DNA from: a virus
Lineage: Duplodnaviria > Caudoviricetes
DNA length: 64,000 nucleotides
Reading direction: 5' to 3' (one strand)
Virus record (IMG/VR): IMGVR_UViG_3300013947_000021
Location: 157,228-221,227 of that record
Below the pieces are notes generated by a model that was given only the letters and a program-made list of their open reading frames with translations, did not search any database and was not told the DNA's origin. A program made the position numbers and the translations under genes. Of the stretch, positions 39,714-50,355 are shown piece after piece (the stretch's first letter is position 1; every line of letters starts with the position of its first letter).

Positions 39714-42095
39714 TTAATATCCAGAATCATTATCATTCTCGTCTGAATGGCTTTCATTCTTTTCAGCATTAACTTCAAGCATAGTCTTATCATAAAGTTC
39801 CTGATGCTTTGCCGTATCAAGATGAGTTCCAATATAATATTCAAATAGCTTATTTGTATAAGCATTCTTAAGTTTCTCATCATCGTTTCCAGCCATCTTC
39901 ATTTCAACAATATTCTGTACAAATTCCTTTGTATTAGTAATAAGCTGATTAGTATTAGTTACATTAATGAAACTAGGTGGAGGAAGAGTAACTTTAATTC
40001 TTTCATTCTCACTATACTCATAATTATATATAGGAGTAATGAGTTCAGAAAGAAGATGCTCATAAAGTTCCTGTCTCTTATAGCAGAATCTAAGAACCTT
40101 AGAAGAACTCATAGTAAGCTGCATAGCATAATCAACAGACTGACGAGTCTGAATTATTTCAATCGGAATTCCAGTACTATTAATAGCTGCTTCTTCAAGT
40201 GCTTGCATAAGTTCTGTAGGAGTCTGAATATCCTGACCTTGCATAACCTCAAACTGAATAGGTGCATCGCCAGAAGCATTAGTAGGAATTACATAATCAT
40301 TATATCTACCAGTAATATTAAGTATATTATTAATACTTTGGAACTGTCTAATATTAAAATTAGATTGCTTAATCTGATTTATGACATTAAGTAAGCATCC
40401 TGCAATATTCTTATCAGCAGTCTGTTTTACATAATAAACTCTCTTGTCTATACTTCTAGTAAGATTTCCTATAGAGGTAGTAATATAAAGAGATGCATAA
40501 ATCTTTGCAGGAATAAGACCCTTTTCAAGATCAGAAATTCCTCTATGAGTAATAGGATCCTGTTTAAAATAGAAATGGACCATATCTTCCGGAGGAATAA
40601 ATGTAACCTTAAAATTATTTATATTACCAATATTAAACTGGTCATTATATTTAAGAATCATATAAATTTCTCTAGAAAGATCCTGATTTGCATTTACAAA
40701 TTTCTTATCAATAAATCTGGAGAGCTGATTTGCTACATACTTAAGAGTTTCATCTCTCCTAATAGCATCTACTCCATTTATCATATTACCATTTCTACTA
40801 TTAGTAAGAGCATCACTAAAAATACTCTTAAATCCCATAAATGATTCACCATCAAGACTGGGATCAGATACTTCAAAGTAATAATATCCCATACACATAT
40901 CTTCAATGTAAATAGGATATACCATCTCTCTAGGACAACGTTTTACAACACATCCAGTTGCTTTTACATCAACAGGCTTTTGATTTACACCTGCAATAAG
41001 TCCATCATTAGCAACTACATAATCACTATTTTTACGTTTTGTAAGATCTATATCGCCATTAAGTTCAAACTTATCATTTGCTTCATTAATAGAATTTTCA
41101 TATATAGAAGCAAGGGATTTTACATTAGCAGTTTTATTATGAATTGCATTATATTTATCTTTAATAGCACTTTCAATAATACCCTTAGTACAAATCTCTA
41201 CTCCAATATTAAAAGATTCATCATTATGAAGATGACACAATGGTTCTATAGTAGCATTATCTCTATTAGAAGCTGCAGATTCAAGTATAGTTTCAGATCT
41301 ATGCTCATCTTTTATTACACATTTATTCTTATTAAGCGAAAATAAAAAGTGTTCATTCATAGGCATAGAATTATCGTTATCCGAATTTGCTTCCTTCATA
41401 GTATTCATAGGTATTTCTTCATTAGCCTGCTTTGAAGCAAGAAGTTTACCTATAGCAATATTATATGGTACTCTATAAACAAAACACTCACCATACTTAG
41501 CTATATCATCATACATTTCATCAGTAAGTTCAGCAAGCTTATATCTTGTTTCCATACGCTTACATCTCTCACTAAATGTAACTTCAGATGTTGCAGATGC
41601 AGACACTTTCTGGAAAGATAAAAAGTCTTTAGAGAAATGATCTGCAGATAATACACAATCTTTCTGTACTGCTAAAGCTTCTTCAAGCTTAGGCATATAC
41701 TTACAAATAGTATCTATTTCCTGATCAAGTTCTTTAAGATACTTATTATTCATAAAAGTATTATAAAGATCATCAGTCATAGATGCAGTATCAAACATCT
41801 GAGATATATCTTTAACTAACTCGTCTTCACTGGAATTATTGCCTGATAATGCCATTCTTGAATAAAGATTTGACATATTAGGTTTGCCGAATAATTCCAT
41901 ATTTTTATTAACTATTTTATCAAGATTTCTATTTATATCAGCACTAATTCTTTTAATATCATCATTTTGCTGAGAAGAAGACATATATGTAGATCTATAT
42001 AAGTAATCCATATTATTTTTTACATTGTCTGCTAATTTAGATATGGTTTTATTAGCTCTATTTATGCCTCGCGATTTATTATTTTTATTAGCCAT
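39714..42095 (-). CDS. Portal protein (T4 gp20-like)
   Basis: YGECF, RSIDKRVYYV, DYVIPT..G..PIQFEVMQG and TGIP patterns; promoter 42122-42134. Confidence 0.8.
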   Translation of the reverse strand: MANKNNKSRGINRANKTISKLADNVKNNMDYLYRSTYMSSSQQNDDIKRISADINRNLDKIVNKNMELFGKPNMSNLYSRMALSGNNSSEDELVKDISQMFDTASMTDDLYNTFMNNKYLKELDQEIDTICKYMPKLEEALAVQKDCVLSADHFSKDFLSFQKVSASATSEVTFSERCKRMETRYKLAELTDEMYDDIAKYGECFVYRVPYNIAIGKLLASKQANEEIPMNTMKEANSDNDNSMPMNEHFLFSLNKNKCVIKDEHRSETILESAASNRDNATIEPLCHLHNDESFNIGVEICTKGIIESAIKDKYNAIHNKTANVKSLASIYENSINEANDKFELNGDIDLTKRKNSDYVVANDGLIAGVNQKPVDVKATGCVVKRCPREMVYPIYIEDMCMGYYYFEVSDPSLDGESFMGFKSIFSDALTNSRNGNMINGVDAIRRDETLKYVANQLSRFIDKKFVNANQDLSREIYMILKYNDQFNIGNINNFKVTFIPPEDMVHFYFKQDPITHRGISDLEKGLIPAKIYASLYITTSIGNLTRSIDKRVYYVKQTADKNIAGCLLNVINQIKQSNFNIRQFQSINNILNITGRYNDYVIPTNASGDAPIQFEVMQGQDIQTPTELMQALEEAAINSTGIPIEIIQTRQSVDYAMQLTMSSSKVLRFCYKRQELYEHLLSELITPIYNYEYSENERIKVTLPPPSFINVTNTNQLITNTKEFVQNIVEMKMAGNDDEKLKNAYTNKLFEYYIGTHLDTAKHQELYDKTMLEVNAEKNESHSDENDNDSGY

Positions 42096-42202
42096 ATTAT
42101 AACCTCCTTATTTTAAATAAGTTAATTAAATGTTCCAGTTATCGATGAATATAAAAAATAAAACCCTATAGGTATTTTGCCTATAGGGTTTATATTCTTC
42201 GA

Positions 42203-43006
42203 TTAAAAGTCTATACACTTAATATGAATTTTTTCCTTAAAAGAATAATGATAATTTCCATATGATATAGGATTCTTTTTCTTATTAGGAATAAAAGTTA
42301 CTGCATATATTCTAGATATATCAGAAAATCTAACTACAATATCAAGTTGATCATTTTTTGCTAATGTAAATAATCCTTTATAGAGTGATATAGTTACATT
42401 TCTATTAAATCCATTTATATTACTACAAGGTAAACTTATATATACAGATCCTAAAGAAACTTTATTATCAAATACTTTTCTAACTCCAACCATATTTTGT
42501 ACATCTGTAAATACATATGGTTCAGATAGATTTTTCATTGATAAGAATCCGTCCAATTCATTATTGAATGCCTGATATACATAATCATTACTCAATAACT
42601 TTGGAAGCATTTGAATTTGTGGAATACGACTATTACCAGAATATAATATATATAGATCTTCAGATATTACATATCTAGCTCTTATTTTGCCAAGTCTATA
42701 TTCTTCATACGTATAATCTGGTAAAATTACCCAAGGAAAATCCTCAGGTATATAGAATGCTTCGGTACTTTGAAGTATATCTTTATCTAAGCATTCTGTT
42801 CTAAAAGTAATATCAGTATTCAATTCATATGGAATATCTATCTCGTGAATACAAGCTGCATCTGCAGGTCCACCATATAATTTATTGGTGGACTTGAGAG
42901 CAATAAATGTTTGACATTTGCTACATCTAGCAAGTTCACATAAATATCTAAAATCAGAGATTGGTCTTAGAGTTGATGAATTGCTGGTTAGGAGTTGCAG
43001 TCGCAT
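42203..43006 (-). CDS. Hypothetical protein co-transcribed with the polymerase exonuclease subunit
   Basis: AAGGA RBS before ATG 43006, overlapping the end of the upstream gene. Confidence 0.6.
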   Translation of the reverse strand: MRLQLLTSNSSTLRPISDFRYLCELARCSKCQTFIALKSTNKLYGGPADAACIHEIDIPYELNTDITFRTECLDKDILQSTEAFYIPEDFPWVILPDYTYEEYRLGKIRARYVISEDLYILYSGNSRIPQIQMLPKLLSNDYVYQAFNNELDGFLSMKNLSEPYVFTDVQNMVGVRKVFDNKVSLGSVYISLPCSNINGFNRNVTISLYKGLFTLAKNDQLDIVVRFSDISRIYAVTFIPNKKKNPISYGNYHYSFKEKIHIKCIDF

Positions 43007-45029
43007 AATCTCTAAATTCCTTCCATTTATCATAATCAGGATCTTTCTTATTTTCAATATATTCCTGATCAATTTTTCCTATTTCAATTTTATTAAGTTT
43101 CTCATGAGAAACTAATCCAATTTCCATAGGATTAATTAAATCTTCTTTTGGTTTCTTCATAAATATCATAGGTTCAATAAGTTCTGGCTTTACTTTACCA
43201 TCTACTATTGTTTTATTTATGACTTTATTTTCACCAAAGAATTCCATTACATTAATAAGTTTAGGCATATTCTCAAATGCAAACTCTTCTGCACTATTAT
43301 ATTTTAATCCATATTGCGGTTTCATAATATGAGTAAAGAAGTTTATGACCTCATTATACAATTCTGTATATCCAGCAAGATTAAAATATTTGCATGCTGT
43401 AGGAATTATAGATCTAGACAGATAATAATCTGCAAAATCATTATCAAATTCTACTTTACCTATCATATTATAAGACATAATAAGAAATTCTCTTATAATA
43501 GATGGATATAGCGAACTAAAGTCACTATCTATCGCATTATCTACTACATCAATTGGATTTCCATATATTTTTATCTTATTATCATCAGATACCTTCATCG
43601 GATCTGCAACAAATGCACCAGAATATTTTTCATTAGGTTTAGGATTAAACTTGTTTACATTATTACCCATTATATATCCTAATTTATAAAATTCTTTTAT
43701 TGCTCGATTTGTAAGATAAACTGTTTGACGATGAACTTTAGACTGTCGAGTATTATTCATTATAGATTTCATTGATGTATAGTCTATATCTCCACAAACT
43801 GCTTCAATACAATACTGTACAACAGTATCCATAATATTATAGAATACAAATGTCTTATAATCAAGATATGGAAGCTGCTTAATATCTGTAGTTATATGCT
43901 TATAATCAAGCTTTCTAACTTTTGCTATTACAGAACCAATATCATCAAGTTTATATGATTTAAACTTAGTCCGTCCTTTTCTTATAGAAGCAAACTGAAT
44001 AAGTTGATCAAGATAAACTGTATAAGAAGATATCTGCCCAAAGTCTGTTCTTTCTGCAAAATCTCCTTTATGCTCTTCATCTACAAAATAATATGCAACC
44101 TTATTTTCAAAATCAGGATGACACATTATATCTCTTGGATTAACTCCGAGCTGTTCAATTCTTGCAATAATGTATGGAATATCGAAGCCCGCGTTCCATG
44201 CCATTATATAGTCTGGTTTAAATGTATTAACTGTCTTAAAGAAATCAGATATTAAATTTATTTCTTTATCTTCATCATAGAATCTAAATACAATATTGAA
44301 ATCCATTAAAGGTCTATACTTTGGATTATCTTCAGCATCAACTGCATTATATAAAAAGTCTTTTAATTCTTTCATTAATACAGGACCAGTTTCTTTATTT
44401 GCCAAAGTGTTATAAAATTCATCTATAAGAGCATTTCCTTTTGTACGTAATAAGAATACATTGATTTGTTTCTCTTTATCAAATATACTACTTATTGCAT
44501 TAATTGGACATTCTCCAGGTTGCGCAAAATCTCCAACTGCATTAATGCCATCGACCTCAATATCAAAGAATGCTTTAGTTGGATTATAAGAACTATTGAC
44601 ATATTTTTTATCAAATCTGAATCTATAATTATCTTCTATATTCATATCTGAATTAAATATATCTGGTTCCATATGAAGTTTCTTATTATCTCTTGCATTT
44701 TTAGTTCTTAGATTGTCATAAAAGAACTCTAACGCTCGTTTTCCAAGATGAGTTGCTATATCTTTTTCAAGATCTTTAAATTTGCATGTAACCTTATCTA
44801 CATCATCTTTATCTATATACATTCTTGGATAAGATACACGTTTATCTGGTTTTGCTATATAATATTCATAAGTTGGATTCTTGATTTCCTCTTTATATTT
44901 TAATCCAGTATCCAAATCTTTATAAACAATTGTTAAATAGTCGTTTTCATCATTTTCCTTATAATTTCCGCGATGATACTCAGTATTAAGTATGGATATA
45001 TTAGCTCCATCCTTATAATGCTTAATCAT
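42954..45029 (-). CDS. polB: Family B DNA polymerase N-terminal subunit (3'-5' exonuclease plus motif A)
   Basis: FDIEVD, WNAGFDIPY, YNIMD, YSGAFV, DFSSLYPSII; motifs B and C absent. Confidence 0.92.
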   Translation of the reverse strand: MIKHYKDGANISILNTEYHRGNYKENDENDYLTIVYKDLDTGLKYKEEIKNPTYEYYIAKPDKRVSYPRMYIDKDDVDKVTCKFKDLEKDIATHLGKRALEFFYDNLRTKNARDNKKLHMEPDIFNSDMNIEDNYRFRFDKKYVNSSYNPTKAFFDIEVDGINAVGDFAQPGECPINAISSIFDKEKQINVFLLRTKGNALIDEFYNTLANKETGPVLMKELKDFLYNAVDAEDNPKYRPLMDFNIVFRFYDEDKEINLISDFFKTVNTFKPDYIMAWNAGFDIPYIIARIEQLGVNPRDIMCHPDFENKVAYYFVDEEHKGDFAERTDFGQISSYTVYLDQLIQFASIRKGRTKFKSYKLDDIGSVIAKVRKLDYKHITTDIKQLPYLDYKTFVFYNIMDTVVQYCIEAVCGDIDYTSMKSIMNNTRQSKVHRQTVYLTNRAIKEFYKLGYIMGNNVNKFNPKPNEKYSGAFVADPMKVSDDNKIKIYGNPIDVVDNAIDSDFSSLYPSIIREFLIMSYNMIGKVEFDNDFADYYLSRSIIPTACKYFNLAGYTELYNEVINFFTHIMKPQYGLKYNSAEEFAFENMPKLINVMEFFGENKVINKTIVDGKVKPELIEPMIFMKKPKEDLINPMEIGLVSHEKLNKIEIGKIDQEYIENKKDPDYDKWKEFRDYATATPNQQFINSKTNL

Positions 45030-45117
45030 GATTTTACTCCTCCTATATTTACCTAATTAGATAAGTTTAGAAGCCTATTTATTTTATTTTTCTTATTATT
45101 TAAATATTTGACCATAT

Positions 45118-45229
45118 ATAAAATAATATATCTAGGCCATTTGAAGGCCTAGATATATTACATAATTAAGAAAGGGGTTTCATATGTCATCAAAACAATA
45201 TAGATAGGGACAGACAACTTATCTATATT
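45118..45229 (-). ncRNA. Candidate small RNA 3 (anti-SD / anti-start-codon)
   Basis: AACATATTATTAA promoter 45228-45240, hairpin at +1, unpaired UGACAU..CCCCUUUCUU, terminator 45124-45160. Confidence 0.6.
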
Positions 45230-45304
45230 AATAATATGTTACTGTGCTAGTATTTAACTACTTTAACACTTTTATAAATAAAATTAAGGAGGTTAATATA
45301 TAAA

Positions 45305-46219
45305 ATGAGCGATTTAGGAATAGATATTTCTTATCTTGTAAAGGATGAGAAAAAGGAAGAAGAAGGCGGCATTAAACTTGGTACAATTAATATGAGTGAT
45401 AAGCCTCCTGCAGAAGTTATTGAAGATGCTCCTAAAAAGAAAAAGAGAGAATCTAAAGCTCCTGATGTAAATGCTATGGCATCTAATGCAGCATCTGTTG
45501 AAACTCAAAATTATGCAGATTCATATAATGAAACTAATAATATTATTCGTGGTGCTATTATTCAGGCTGATGTTCTTAGTGGCGAAATTAAACAGGATAT
45601 AGATGCAGTTAGATCTAGTAAAACTATAAAAAATAAATATACTTATATTACTAATCTTACAGCATCAGCTAGTGCACTTATCAATACAAAGATAGCTGCT
45701 GTAAAAGAACTTAATTCATCTATTACTCAGTCTCATAGATTTAATCTTGATAGACTTAAGATGTTTAATAATGAAAATAAAGATGGTAATGATGATGCTA
45801 GAACAATGGACCTTTATAATATGTATCTTACTGGTCCTATGGGTGGTTATATTCCCAATACTCCTTCAGTACAAGATATTAATCTTGGAGTAAATGGTTC
45901 ATCTACTGGAAATATTCAAGGAGTTGATATGGGTGTTAATAATAATGGTGGACAGCCTCTTACTCCTGAACAGAAGAGAATGAGATTTGAATCAAATCCT
46001 GATATCAAAGTTGTAGTAAAATTTGATCAAGCATCTGGAAAAAGATTCTTCGATGTAATTGATGGATCTGGAAAGAGTATTCCTGATTATCCTAGGCCCG
46101 ATGATTTTCTTCTTGAAGATACAACTATTGATGTTGCAGCAGGAGTTGCAAAGAATAGAAATATTAATCAGATCTGGCCTCTTATTATTATCGGTAGTGG
46201 CAATATTAATGAGTATTAA
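45305..46219 (+). CDS. Hypothetical late protein
   Basis: 304 aa, promoter 45265-45277, GGAGGT RBS. Confidence 0.7.
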   Translation: MSDLGIDISYLVKDEKKEEEGGIKLGTINMSDKPPAEVIEDAPKKKKRESKAPDVNAMASNAASVETQNYADSYNETNNIIRGAIIQADVLSGEIKQDIDAVRSSKTIKNKYTYITNLTASASALINTKIAAVKELNSSITQSHRFNLDRLKMFNNENKDGNDDARTMDLYNMYLTGPMGGYIPNTPSVQDINLGVNGSSTGNIQGVDMGVNNNGGQPLTPEQKRMRFESNPDIKVVVKFDQASGKRFFDVIDGSGKSIPDYPRPDDFLLEDTTIDVAAGVAKNRNINQIWPLIIIGSGNINEY

Positions 46220-46439
46220 AAAAAAAAGAAGAAGACAGTAGCCCATGGCGGCTACTGTCTTTTTATATTCAAAATCAGATGTATCATCTTTTTATGAGGC
46301 ATACATGTACATTTATTAAGGCAATCGAAGAAATCTATCTATGACAAAATTCTGTTCAAAACTTTTATATATCTTTTGAAAGGATGGTGTTTACGATTTA
46401 CGGATTTGTCCAACGAACAAGAATTTATACATCTGATTT
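46218..46439 (-). ncRNA. Candidate small RNA 4 (closed long stem, anti-SD loop)
   Basis: AACT-N6-TAA promoter 46438-46450, 13-bp stem 46427-46439/46272-46284, terminator 46232-46262. Confidence 0.55.
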
Positions 46440-46466
46440 AATTTGTAGTTAGTATATTAGTAAAAT

Positions 46467-49184
46467 TTAATAACTCCAAATTATATTTCCTCTATTATAA
46501 TCAGGATTATTTGCATCATGCTTAAGAAGAATAATATCTGCATTATCTAACTGTAACTCTGAATTATGAGATATCATAATACACTGTTCAGTTCCCATAA
46601 TACTCATTATTCTATTTAATACATCTGCAAAATAAACTCTATTATTATAATCAAGAGGTCCATCAATCTCATCAAGTTTAATTATATTGTATTTAGTACT
46701 ACTATTATACAATAAAGAGAAACTTAATATCATAGATATCATTCCAATTTGTGAACTACTCATAGAAGATATATCATCATTTAAATATCCAGATCCTAAG
46801 CAAGGAATTCTAAATTCAGATTCATTAATAATAAATGGCTGAATTACATATTCCCCATTAAATAATAATGCTAATAATTCATTTGCTAAAGATATAATCT
46901 TTCCCATATATAATTCCATAAATACTAATTGAATTCCTGTTGTAGGAGATGAATAATATTTTATAGTTTCTATATATTCATATTTCTGTTGAAGCTCTTG
47001 AATTTCATTATTATAATCTGAAACTAAACTAATTAAGTGCTTTAATTTGTCTCTTTCAGCAATTAATGGATTAATTTCTTTAGTACAAGATTCTATATTA
47101 CTATTAGCAGCATATACATTAGTTATAGCTTTATTAATCTCATCCATATTTTTCTGAAGCATAGAAATATTATTTAATACTTCATTATCTTCAGATTTAT
47201 ATGAATTCAATTTATCTTCTATCTCAAATATATTAGAATAAATACTTTCAAGATTTTTAAGATTAGTTAATCTAGTTTCTCTCTCAATTATTTTATTCTT
47301 AAGAGGTTCTATCTTATTAACTAAATCAGAAATTTCTTTATTTATTTTTTCTATATCTTCATTAATAGAATTAATAATGTCAAATTTGCTTTCATATAAA
47401 TCTAATTGTTTCTTCATATCATCATATATAGATTTATTCTTCTTATAAATATCATAAAGATTACATATATCTATATAATTATTAATATCTTCAATAAATT
47501 TATATAATTCACTATTATCTGTCAATAAAGCTAATACATATTGCTTAATATCAGATGCATAATAACTAATTCTAGGAATCTTAGATAATATTCCAGAGTT
47601 CATATTATGCATTCTAATTATATTATTAAAATCATTTACAGCATTATTAAATATCTCTATATTAGAGATATTTGCTTTTATTTGATTTATTTCATCAGAT
47701 AATATTTTTTCTGATTCTAATAAATTATTTATATAATTTGCTGTATATTTATTCTGAAAATCTAGTGCTGCTTTTATAAAAGGACAATCATCTATATTAC
47801 AATTAGAAGGACGTTGTTTTATAATATTGAGAATATCATTTCTACTATTGTAATCATTAATACTTCCTCTAATAGATTCAAGCTCTTTCTCTTTCTGAGA
47901 TAAAATATTAGATAACTGAGATTTATCTTTATAAGATAATCTACCATCATTCTCAATATTATTTATTATCTCATTCTGAATATCATAAGAATACTGTCCT
48001 TTAAATATAGAATATGCTTCATAGATATCATGAATAGTCTGAATAGATAATTGGTATTCTTCTCTGCTCATAGCAAGAATATCATCTACTCCAGTAAATT
48101 TCTTAAATTCATTTTCTATATCTAAAATAGTTTTATGATAAGATTCACATCTAGATTTATATTCATCATAATTTATTCCATTAGCTAAATTTTGAATTTG
48201 CTGAACTTTTCTACTAAGTTCAGCAGCCTCATCATCTTTTTTATCTATAAATAAATCTAATGAACTTCTATCTATCTGATTATCTATAAAAATTTGCTTT
48301 TCTTCATTTATAATCTTTTCATAATCAAATTTATAATTATCAGAAAGATTATAATCACTCTTTATTTTATCTAAAAGAGATTCATACTTATCTATTTCTT
48401 TTAAATAATTATCATGAGTATTATTTAAAGTCTCATATCTATTTTGAATAGATCCATCTGGATCAAGTAATTTTATACGAGACTGAGCTTCTGCTAATAA
48501 AGATATAGCATAATCTTTATTTTTCTGAGCATTGACAATCTTAATCTCAATAGCATCTAATTGTGATTTAAGATTATTAGTATCTCCCATCATCTGAAGT
48601 TTTGATGCTACAGATGATATCATAGATTTTAGATTAGAAGATTTCTTGCTAAGAACTTTATAAATATTATTATATACATCAAGAGAATTTATAATAGAAT
48701 TTACAAATCTTTTTCTTTCAGCAGGTTTTTTATCTGCTAATCCTCTATCATCATTTGATAATTGAGATAGTGCTACAAAGTTAGCATCTAATCCTAATTC
48801 ACTAAAGATAATATCTTTATAAGATGATACATTTCCATTAGGATTTAATTCTATAAATTCAGGTCCATGAGCTTTAGATATATATGCTTTAGTTGTTTCT
48901 CTATCACCATTTTGTTTAACTTCATGAACAAAAGAAAGTTTATAGATAGATTCCGAATCGCCTAAATAAATTTCTTTAAATGCAGGTAATCCAGGTATAA
49001 AAGAATCATTAGGATCGGGAAATACATTTAATGATTTCATAAGTGTAGATTTTCCAGATCCGTTATCTCCACGAATAATTATTATATTATTTTTGCATTT
49101 TGCCATATCTATATGAATCTCATATAGTCCCATACCATTATAAATACCTATATAATTCTTAAGGTATATTGATATAAATTTCAT
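46467..49184 (-). CDS. sbcC: SbcC/Rad50-like ATPase
   Basis: GDNGSGKS, Q-loop, coiled coils, central Cys hook region, MSSSQ signature, LDEIDGPLD, ISH. Confidence 0.93.
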   Translation of the reverse strand: MKFISIYLKNYIGIYNGMGLYEIHIDMAKCKNNIIIIRGDNGSGKSTLMKSLNVFPDPNDSFIPGLPAFKEIYLGDSESIYKLSFVHEVKQNGDRETTKAYISKAHGPEFIELNPNGNVSSYKDIIFSELGLDANFVALSQLSNDDRGLADKKPAERKRFVNSIINSLDVYNNIYKVLSKKSSNLKSMISSVASKLQMMGDTNNLKSQLDAIEIKIVNAQKNKDYAISLLAEAQSRIKLLDPDGSIQNRYETLNNTHDNYLKEIDKYESLLDKIKSDYNLSDNYKFDYEKIINEEKQIFIDNQIDRSSLDLFIDKKDDEAAELSRKVQQIQNLANGINYDEYKSRCESYHKTILDIENEFKKFTGVDDILAMSREEYQLSIQTIHDIYEAYSIFKGQYSYDIQNEIINNIENDGRLSYKDKSQLSNILSQKEKELESIRGSINDYNSRNDILNIIKQRPSNCNIDDCPFIKAALDFQNKYTANYINNLLESEKILSDEINQIKANISNIEIFNNAVNDFNNIIRMHNMNSGILSKIPRISYYASDIKQYVLALLTDNSELYKFIEDINNYIDICNLYDIYKKNKSIYDDMKKQLDLYESKFDIINSINEDIEKINKEISDLVNKIEPLKNKIIERETRLTNLKNLESIYSNIFEIEDKLNSYKSEDNEVLNNISMLQKNMDEINKAITNVYAANSNIESCTKEINPLIAERDKLKHLISLVSDYNNEIQELQQKYEYIETIKYYSSPTTGIQLVFMELYMGKIISLANELLALLFNGEYVIQPFIINESEFRIPCLGSGYLNDDISSMSSSQIGMISMILSFSLLYNSSTKYNIIKLDEIDGPLDYNNRVYFADVLNRIMSIMGTEQCIMISHNSELQLDNADIILLKHDANNPDYNRGNIIWSY

Positions 49185-49285
49185 TATTCTCCCTCATTTC
49201 AAGCGTTTAGGAATGCTTTTATATTTTTGTTATGGATAACTTAAAAAATAAATAGAAGGAGGATAAATTCCTCCTTCTATTTTCT

Positions 49286-49588
49286 TTAGCATTTATTCAA
49301 AAATCCATATAAAAAGTAATTTAATTTATTATTGTCAAGTAGTGGTTTTGGAAAACCAGAAGACCAATCTATCATATATTCTTTATTGCAAGATTTACAT
49401 TTCATAGATCGAATTTCATACTTGTCAAAATAAGTCATTTTTCCTTTTAAATAATTTGTTACAGCTTCTGAATAATGCTGTGGATAACCATTAAAACTAA
49501 TAAGTTCTATTCTCTGAGCTTTACAATTTGGACATACATCTGGTCTTATAAATTTAATTGGTTCAATCATGACTGATACTTGTACCAA
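49286..49588 (-). CDS. Zinc-ribbon protein
   Basis: CPNC...CKSC. Confidence 0.7.
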   Translation of the reverse strand: MVQVSVMIEPIKFIRPDVCPNCKAQRIELISFNGYPQHYSEAVTNYLKGKMTYFDKYEIRSMKCKSCNKEYMIDWSSGFPKPLLDNNKLNYFLYGFLNKC

Positions 49589-50355
49589 GCACCTATCATA
49601 TTTCCAAGTGTGTTCATAAGTGTAAGCTCAGATACGCCAAGAGTATTAAAACTATTCTCGTTAGCTTCTATAAGAATTTCTTTAATAGAAGAAATATTAT
49701 TCTTTAATTCCTTCTTGATATTTACATTCTCAGCATTAAATCCAGCAGATGATATTGTAGATTTAGTACTGCTAAGAGCATAGCAAATTAAATCTACAAT
49801 ATAAAATTCATCTGTAATATTCATATTAAAAGCAAATTTAAGAGCGATATATAATGGAATTGTTCTAAGAGTCTTTGCGACAAAATTCTGTTCCCAAATG
49901 TCTAAAGTACTATAATCAATATATATGCACTTTAAACTATCAAATATGATTTTAAGAAAATCATACTTTTCTTTATCAGAAATATTCTTATTAGTAATAT
50001 TTACATACTTATCCTTAATCATATTAAGATATCCAACTCTTAATACATATTCTTTTTCAATAAATGCGTTATTATCACTTCTTATAACTGTCTTAAAATT
50101 ATTCAAATTAGAATATCTAGAATTTGGAGTATCAGTATCTTCATTATCTGGAGCTATAAATGTATAGATCTCACTAATCCTAGAGAAATTAGAGTCTATC
50201 ATAGATTGTACTAATTTACAATCATCCAATTTGTATCCAAGTTCATCAGCTATACATCTTGTTGGCTCCATATAGGTCTGCTGACCTATATTACCATTTA
50301 TAATTCTATTATAATGATTAATAATCTGAAAATTATAATTATTTAAAATACTCAT
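49567..50355 (-). CDS. Hypothetical protein
   Basis: 262 aa ORF overlapping both neighbours. Confidence 0.65.
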   Translation of the reverse strand: MSILNNYNFQIINHYNRIINGNIGQQTYMEPTRCIADELGYKLDDCKLVQSMIDSNFSRISEIYTFIAPDNEDTDTPNSRYSNLNNFKTVIRSDNNAFIEKEYVLRVGYLNMIKDKYVNITNKNISDKEKYDFLKIIFDSLKCIYIDYSTLDIWEQNFVAKTLRTIPLYIALKFAFNMNITDEFYIVDLICYALSSTKSTISSAGFNAENVNIKKELKNNISSIKEILIEANENSFNTLGVSELTLMNTLGNMIGAWYKYQS

